Assembly: GCA_021613535.1 (NCBI GenBank)
Contig: CP075494.1
Coordinates: forward strand, 10,292,001-10,356,000
Direction: 5' to 3'
Source of the DNA: Adineta vaga
Taxonomy: Eukaryota; Animalia; Rotifera
Length of the DNA stretch: 64,000 nt
A program made the translations under genes and the position numbers. The notes under the pieces are model-generated. The model was not told the DNA's origin. It did no database searches and saw nothing but the letters and a program-made list of their open reading frames with translations. Positions 56,062 through 64,000 of the stretch are shown one piece after another. Position 1 is the first letter of the stretch; every line of letters begins with the position of its first letter.

Positions 56062-57752
56062 AGCCTTTCACATTATATTTCTGTTTTTCTTCCTTAATTA
56101 TATATCATGGTGAATGATTGACTAAATCAACATTAACATGACATGTTGGTTAACACATCATTTGAAATTTTCTCAATGTAGAAAAGAATTATTTCATAAA
56201 TAAAAAATTATTATTCAAAAATTTACACGACAAATTTGTCTTCATTTTTATTGAGGAAAGAATCTAATAATAGTCATTCAACTCATGCAATGTAGTTAGA
56301 ATTAGAAACGAATAATAGGCAATTCAAATATAGATACTAATTTAAAAAAATATATACGAATCAAAAGAATTCTCATTTGACATAAATGAATTGTATAGGT
56401 TTGGTGAGGAAATATATTCTAATGAGAAAATCTTTCATCAAAGAGTTTTCTTAGATTTGCACGACTGACTCAGTAGAGAACTTGAATAACCTACATAAAG
56501 CATGAAATATTCAATGAGAGTTCTTAAAAGAACTGCACTGTAAAAAAAGGATATCTTGACATTTCAACATTGAGAAAACTAATTTATCTCACACTTCTAT
56601 ACTTGATTATTCTTTGTCTGAACAATATTTTCCATCAGTTTTCTCGTGATAATGAAGTAATTCATGTATATATATATGCTTGTCATCGAATCAATCATTA
56701 ATATATGAAGAAAAACATACTTTTCTTGTTAGTTTTGCATGTTTGACTTCAATAGAATAGAATACCTAGGGGATACCTATTCAGGTAATTTGTTTATGCA
56801 TATTGACAAATCTTTTATTGAAAATAATCTTATGAACTAAACGTATTTATAAATCACGAGATAAAACGTACATGTCGATATTCTCTTTCTTTTCGTTCCG
56901 TTTCATTACTACTTATATGTTAGCGAAACAAGAGATTTATGTAAAATCTAATTATATATGACTGACGTAAACTAATCTTCCGTTTCATTGAAAAAAACAG
57001 AAGAAGAAAGATTTAGAAATCTTGTTAGTTTTTTTTCATGTGTCGGTAAAAATTCGCAACTTGATTGTCACGTACTTCATTAGTTATGTATTTCAATGTC
57101 ACTCAGCAAGCATATTGTTTTTATCGTTATTCTCTATCCTGATTATGATCTTGCTGTGACTCAAATGACTATTTTAACCTTTGATTCTATGACTAAAATG
57201 TTAATAAAAACAAAATCTAGTACAATTATTTTCATTCTGATTCTATTCTTAAGGATTGAATATTCTTGAGAAATACACAGATTTAAACTGTATTCATAGA
57301 TAATTCTTCAATGAATAAATCTTACGCTTGAATTATTATTAATATCAAACATTAGTTTATAATCAGAATTGCAAAATTGAATTAAGTAATGAAATCTTTA
57401 GTTCAACAAGAACGAATCGCTTTGTTTGATTGATGATTCTTTCTATCTTTGAGTATCTAGAGATAATATGTTGTTACAGTGTTTTCGTATTGTATGAATG
57501 AAGTAGCTCGGTATTTCCCTGAAGCGGAAATTTTAATGAAAAAGACTCGTAGGTTCTGAAGGTCTGATTGACGTGCTAGATTGAATGATGATGCACTAGA
57601 AATCATGCATAATAAAGACTCATTCTTGTCTTTTTTCTCTCAAACATGAGAAGGATAGAGCAAGAGAAAAGGAGAGACAGAAAGAAAAAAAAAAGAAGAA
57701 ATATGAAGTACTAACTCTTTACTACAAAAACATCTTTTTTTCTTTGTCTACA

Positions 57753-58406
57753 ATGGCTGAACACATTGATGGAAATCGATTACAACTCGATCTTCGTTAT
57801 CGTTTTGATTATTTATCAAAATTTCTTAATTTCACATCGGATGATATTGCAATGTTAAATACATTTGCACCGATTGTTTTTCCACTTATTCCCGTATTAT
57901 CGGATACTGTTTATCGAAAACTATTTTCATTTGATATAACAAAAGAATATTTTCTCGTTCGTAATGAAGGTTTCGAAGGTTTCATGCCACGAAAACAATG
58001 TGGTTTAACAGTAGATTCTGCTCAAATGGTATTTCGAAAAGATATGTTAAGTGTATATTTGAAACGTATTTTAACACAAGGTGATTGGAATGATACATTT
58101 CTTCAATATTTATCTCAAGTTGGTAAAATGCATACGAATCAAGCTGGTTCAGGATCGATTAATGTTGATTATATTCATATTAATGCATTACTTGGATATT
58201 TAGAACATTTGTTAATTGATGTCCTATGTAATGCTGACAGTACAGATGAGAAAACAAAACGTGGAATTTTAATGGCGATTAATAAATTCTTTTGGATACA
58301 AAATGATTTTTTTACCATGCATTATTTATTATCATTGAAAAATAATTTTACAGCCAATAGTACGAAATTAGAAACAACAAAATCATCGAAATGTTGTTGG
58401 TTGTAA
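57753..58406 (+). CDS. Protoglobin-type globin 4 (tail ...KSSKCCWL)
   Basis: ATG at 57753; VYRKLFSFD, RKDML, VGKMH, INVDYIH, INKFFWIQND. Confidence 0.87.
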   Translation: MAEHIDGNRLQLDLRYRFDYLSKFLNFTSDDIAMLNTFAPIVFPLIPVLSDTVYRKLFSFDITKEYFLVRNEGFEGFMPRKQCGLTVDSAQMVFRKDMLSVYLKRILTQGDWNDTFLQYLSQVGKMHTNQAGSGSINVDYIHINALLGYLEHLLIDVLCNADSTDEKTKRGILMAINKFFWIQNDFFTMHYLLSLKNNFTANSTKLETTKSSKCCWL

Positions 58407-59519
58407 GAGTTGTGAGTGACACTCCTCTCATTAGTAGATCGAATAAGATCATTAAATTTCTTTTTCTTTCATTAGATATTTCCGTTGTATGAATGATGTA
58501 AAAATAAAATTTACCCATGTATAAATAATTGTTTACTAACTCAAAGATTATAAGAGGAAGATTTTGTTATTACAAAAATAGAAAACTAAAACTATTTTCT
58601 ACCAACTAATCATCATGATCAGTCTAGAAAAAAAATATCTTATTGAGGAATAAAACAAATTGGATCTATAGCATTCAAGGACAACGTCTTGTTTTTTTAT
58701 TCTTATGCTACATAGAAGAGATTTATCTAGTCATTGATAAATACATGACCTACTACATCGTGGGAAGGAAATCAGGGTGTGTGTTATTATCTTCAACATA
58801 TCATTGGAAAACTATCGACATCAACTTTTTTCTTTTCTGATGCCTGAAAAACAATAAAAGAAGAGAATAAATTTGATTAGATCAAGCAGATCAAACCATA
58901 ATTGATGTATTCTAAGAGATTCTTTGATTCCTTTTTTTTTCTATAATCATAGATCATGAAAAGAACAGAATAAGTGCAGACGATGGCTGTTCTTTTATAT
59001 TTATAATATATTCAAGATCTATAGTTATTTCATTCCTAGAAGAACTTTGAGAACATCAGGTGCATGTTCACAATACTCGACAATGAAAAATGAATCACTT
59101 GAAAAGATACAGAAATGAATATTATCATAATTTCCGGTTGTTTTTTCAAGTGGTGATTAACTTTGTACGTTGAAATATTATTAAGTTCATTCATTTTAAA
59201 AGAGATCGATGTAGCTTGAGATGATTAGATTTTTGAAGTATGACGAAATTTATATTTGGAGATTAGAAGAGAATTTGATTTGGTAATGAATCGTTGAAAA
59301 AAATGCAAATGAGGATGAACTCAATAACAAGATAAAGTCTTACTGATCTGAAACATTCTCTTCTCAATTTTCGAGAACAACCATTTTTTAGTTAACAGTA
59401 CGACTACATTGTGTTGAATGTATTTTAATTAATTTTAATAGAGTAAAGTATTTATTCGTTATTTTCGAAGAGTTGATCTTCAGGTCGATTGATTTCATAT
59501 GTTTTTTTCCATTTTACGA

Positions 59520-60620
59520 AGCAATTTTTCCGTACAACTGAAAAAGTACTTGTTTAATATAATGTAATTTCGATCAACTATTCCACGTGGACATCACAGT
59601 TGTGACAAATTGTTTCCTGCATCTTGAATACCAGCAACTACTACACCTATTTTTGAACCTTTCACTCATTTTACCGCCCAATGGTTACTGTCATCAGCTA
59701 CATATACCGAATGATCCTGCCTAACACGGATGCAGGTATAATTATATAGTTGATCAAAACCGCTACCTGCACCGTTTCCATCTGCTGCCACAATTTCACT
59801 TCTGTCCCCTATCTTCTAACGTGTCACTTGATGTCTCGCCCTCTCCGACACATGCAGATATCTATCATTGACCATACTAATATTACCATAATTAATTTCT
59901 GAGATAATAGTCTTTCCATTCTTACCATTTTGTATGGCCTAACGGACTATTCTACTATGATTACTTGCTTCGAAGATAATAAGACTATCTTTTTCTTTAT
60001 CAAATAACACATATTTTAGACAATACAACTGATTATATCGTCTTTCAACTTAATTTCCACCTGCTACAATTTGTACACTTGCAGTACCATTCATCCATTT
60101 CACAATACGATGATTCTCGTACTCAGCAACATAAAACAAATGGATTATGTAGTTGATTGAGTTCATTTCCTCCGATAATCGTAATACTAAGATGGGTCCG
60201 ATTTTAAAAGATGAAATCTATATCCTCAAGTCTTTATCTTTCAGCTAACAAAGATTTAACAGTAACACATACCAGATACTATGTCGAAAATTTATATTCG
60301 ATGGTTGATTCAGTTTCCCCGATAATCGGTGAAATTCATCATTCTTCTATCGTAAATCTGTTTCACGAAAATCATTCTCTTCACGTCTTTGTTTTAATAG
60401 ATCAGTTAATTCCTTCAGGTTGAACTCGATCTGTTTCATATAATCAGAGGTATGTTGAAAGGCACTTTGTTTCCATTGATTAATTTCCTGTATCAGTGTA
60501 TGTTTTTGCTCAATAAATGTTTGTTGAAAGGGATCGCGAATAATTTCGACTTCATCTAATTGTTTGTTCAGAGTTTGTCGATGAGCAAGCTTATGATTAT
60601 AACGAAGCTCTCATTCATTT
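59520..60620 (-). pseudogene. Decayed coiled-coil plus NHL-repeat gene
   Basis: Minus-strand remnants QLDEVEIIRDPFQQTFIEQKHTLIQEINQW, HRIVKWMNGTASVQIVAG, YVADDSNH, GVVVAG with many stops and frameshifts. Confidence 0.65.
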
Positions 60621-61631
60621 TTTTTCGCATATAACACAATCCTTTTTATTAACGTTAAAACAGCAATTATAATCGAAGATAAACATTACTGCTTTGTCAA
60701 AATAGATGAGCGAATGAAATCTGGATTTTGTTTGTTGTAAATAGCATTTTCTTTCTCTGAACTTCACATGTTCATCTATTTCTGTTTCTCTAGAAATTAT
60801 CATGATTATTTTTGTATTCAATTTGTACGCATTGACTTAAGTTTATCTTTTCATGTTATTTTTATCACATCAATATAGATTTCTGACTGAAGAAATTATC
60901 TCCTATTTTGGAAGAACATTTGCAGAGAGTATAAAGAAAGTTGTAGATCATAAGTGAACTATAAATAACAATGATTTTAACAATAATTACGAACAAGATT
61001 AATAGCAAATATTAGTCTTTTACTATACGATAAGAAAAACGCAGTTGTAAATATAAATTATGTTCATTCAACATATTTTCGTTGATTACAGTTATCAATG
61101 AATAATTTACAACTGAATATATATGTTTTTTTCTTAATTAGAAGAATTTTGAAAAGGTGTTTGATTATACAAGTACTTGCACATTAGTTTCACTAGTATA
61201 GATTTCTAAAAAAAAATATTTTAAGATTTTCACAGTAAGTTGAGCATATGAAATAGTGTCATTAGTATCCTTAGCAGTATAAAAGCTATAAATTTTATTC
61301 ATAAAAGAGAACGACAAATATACCAAATAATCACAAAGATTTGTTTATTTAGATCGAAAATATACGTCCTGCAAAGCTTCTATTATTCGATATTAAATTC
61401 ACTTTTATTTTGTTCAAGTAGGTTCTTTACTAAATCTTCAAGTGAAGCGAAAAAAACAATTATAACATATATATAAACAAGCATGTTTTCATGAAGAGTA
61501 ATAGATAGTGAAGTAAAAATTCGCTATAGATATAACATCAAAAACGTAGTTTTCTCTTGGAATAATTTTTCGCATCTTTTCAATTATAGTCAATACAATA
61601 AAATCTTGTATTATTTATTCATTTATTTATA

Positions 61632-62657
61632 ATGACTTTCGATTCTCTATACAATGACACTATCATCAACTCAACTGATGATGATGACGATGATGATGAT
61701 GATTTTAACGAAGAATTCATTATATCTCCAACAATTCGTTTTTGGATTCTTCTCATCCCATCTATTGCCTCAGTCATCTGTTCTATTATTGTTCTTTATA
61801 TAATACTCAGTAAAAAACAACATCGTCATTCGTTAAATTATCGAGTGATTATTATTCAACTTATTGGCGGATTGATTTTCTTATTGGCACGTCTTCCGAT
61901 TTATTTGAGTTATCTTCATTTTGGATATGTTTGGCCACAAACACCTATGATGTGTCAGTTTTCATGGTTTGTTGGTGATGGTTATGCTGATACAATGACA
62001 ATTCTTATGGCATGGGCATCATTTGAAAGACATATCTTAATATTTCATGAACAGACGATAACAACTAGAAAAAAACGATTTTTTGTTCATTATTTACCAG
62101 TTACCTTAATTATTTGCTATTGTCTTCTTTATTATCTAGTAGTTATGGCCTTTCCACCTTGTGAAAATGTATACAATTATGATGAAATATGGTGTTCATC
62201 ATCATGCTTATATAAAAATAAGATCTTAATTATGTTCGATACTTTATATAATGACATCTTAGCTACGTTACTTGTTGCATTCTTCAGTTTGTCATTAATT
62301 ATTCGAGTTATCTGGCATCATCATGTTCGATTTGGTCGACAAGCTCGATGGCGAAAACATCGGAAAATTATCGTTATACTTCTATCAATATCTCTGATTT
62401 ATCTCCTTTTCAATTTACCAATGATGATCTTAGAACTAGCAGCATTTTTTGGTTTATCTGAAAATACAGTAGACCAACTGGAGCCTTATTTTGAATTTCT
62501 AAATTATTTTATTTTTATCATTTATCCATTCATTTGTTTGAGTACTACGACTTTCGCAAAAATCTGTAATCGACGGCAACGACGAGTGATTGCTCCTGTA
62601 GTATTAACAGTAGTAGGATCACGCCCGAAATGTCAACGCCCATTTGTTCAAGAATAA
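61632..62657 (+). CDS. Orphan rhodopsin-like GPCR, intronless
   Basis: Seven hydrophobic segments; ECL1 WP...C; MAWASFERH (DRY equivalent); LFNLP in TM6; IYPFI in TM7. Confidence 0.88.
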   Translation: MTFDSLYNDTIINSTDDDDDDDDDFNEEFIISPTIRFWILLIPSIASVICSIIVLYIILSKKQHRHSLNYRVIIIQLIGGLIFLLARLPIYLSYLHFGYVWPQTPMMCQFSWFVGDGYADTMTILMAWASFERHILIFHEQTITTRKKRFFVHYLPVTLIICYCLLYYLVVMAFPPCENVYNYDEIWCSSSCLYKNKILIMFDTLYNDILATLLVAFFSLSLIIRVIWHHHVRFGRQARWRKHRKIIVILLSISLIYLLFNLPMMILELAAFFGLSENTVDQLEPYFEFLNYFIFIIYPFICLSTTTFAKICNRRQRRVIAPVVLTVVGSRPKCQRPFVQE

Positions 62658-63878
62658 TATGGAAAGTATGAGAATAACAATTAGAAACAATATTAATTAT
62701 CGTTCTTTAACATTTTAAAAATAAACATATTCACATACATAATGAAATATTGAAATAATTCCTTATCAGAGATCAGCAGAATACCCTGATTATGACTAAA
62801 CTGTACTTGACAATATTGAACATATAGAGACAGTAGTTCTTTCAAAAGATTTTTCATAAGTTAGCAAAATATGTATCAAGAATGTTTATCAAAAATAATA
62901 ACACAGATCAATTTTAAAATCACTTTCTGACGAAAAAAAGCTCGTGTACTTGTTGATTTCTATTTCTTGAATACGCATGTATACTTCGATGTTCTATCAC
63001 TTCAGCCAATAACTTGACTCACTAAAGATACATCATGCACTAGAAATGCGAAATTAAAAGAATCGTTATTTCATATGGTGAATATAATTTACATAGACCA
63101 CATAGTTTTCTCAGAACCATCTTGAGCATATGTATTCTTCTTAAAAGAAAATACTATCATTGATATTTATGCAACGATAAGAAAAAAAGTTATTTAAATG
63201 ATCTTATAAACAGTTACTCATTCGCATCCTTGATCACGAGCAAAAATAACACAGAAATGAACTCTGTATATCTAGATCTGGATTAATGCACTTTATATTA
63301 GAGAAAGGTGAACTTTCATATTGATATATGTCATCGTTAAACATTTTTACTAACAAAGATGATCTTTTCAAATGAATTAAAGATTAATTAAACATGAAAT
63401 TTATGACGATGATTGATCGTTTTTACAGAAATCTATCGCAATCTTTCTTTCCATAAAGACGACTTCGATTTTGTCTAAAAGTAATAATACATCAGTAGGA
63501 AACTCATAGTTTAATATTTAATAATTTAATTATTCAAGCATACTAATGCGATAGACTTTTAAATTAAATAAACTTCATTACATTATAAACAAGCGTTAAA
63601 TCTCCTACTGAGAGTATTTAGATAAACGACCTTGTTCATGATAGTCAAATGAATCTCTGACACGGAAATTGAAGCAACAATCTAATGAATTATCAAATGT
63701 ATGTTTGTATCAAATGAGAGGATGTCGTGTTTTGAATAGCATTAGTATAGCTTCGTTGTTAGTCAAACTATCGTAATCCTAGACAGGAAAAACGAGAGAA
63801 TAGAAATGTAGGGAGAAAAAGAAGATAAAAAGAAAGTGTAAGTCAGAAAATACTACAAATCTTTCTTTACATCGGATT

Positions 63879-64000
63879 ATGATGGATGAACACATTGATG
63901 ATAATCAAATCAAAACTGATCTTCGGTATCGTTTCGAATATCTATCAAAATTTCTTAATTTTACTCCCAATGATATAACAATGTTAAATTCATTAGCACC
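63879..64000 (+). CDS. Protoglobin-type globin 5, 5' part (runs off the window; not in the ORF track)
   Basis: MMDEHIDDNQIKTDLRYRFEYLSKFLNFTPNDITMLNSLAP aligns with the N-termini of copies 1-4. Confidence 0.85.
   Translation, partial: MMDEHIDDNQIKTDLRYRFEYLSKFLNFTPNDITMLNSLA

Noticed and set aside
58960-59400. Possible decayed F-box/LRR-like fragment on the minus strand
   Set aside because: Too degraded to assign

Overview
This is AT-rich eukaryotic genomic DNA with many short (~50-65 nt) GT-AG introns. Gene content and lineage-expanded families (NHL-repeat, ART/TPR, orphan intronless GPCRs, non-metazoan-type enzymes) point to a bdelloid rotifer; that is inference, not proven from the sequence. 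The first ~46 kb holds intron-rich core metazoan genes: coronin 3' end, DNAJB11, calmodulin, Pur-alpha, BAZ1/ACF1-like, RUVBL1, ARV1, two DEGS, CHTOP-like and POFUT1. These are interrupted by a stress/detox-flavoured block with 2 secreted Cu/Zn-SODs, a granulin, an FMO, a cadherin-like beta-sandwich protein and 2 COMTs. The last ~18 kb is intron-poor, with decayed pseudogenes and a tandem array of at least 5 intronless protoglobin/sensor-type (bacterial/fungal S-family) single-domain globins. Three of the four complete globins end in a basic tail with Cys at position -4 (CLFR, CLYK, CCWL). This suggests a horizontally acquired globin family that gained eukaryotic C-terminal lipidation, and it is the most notable candidate system here. 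All calls are by-eye recognition; no database searches were run.
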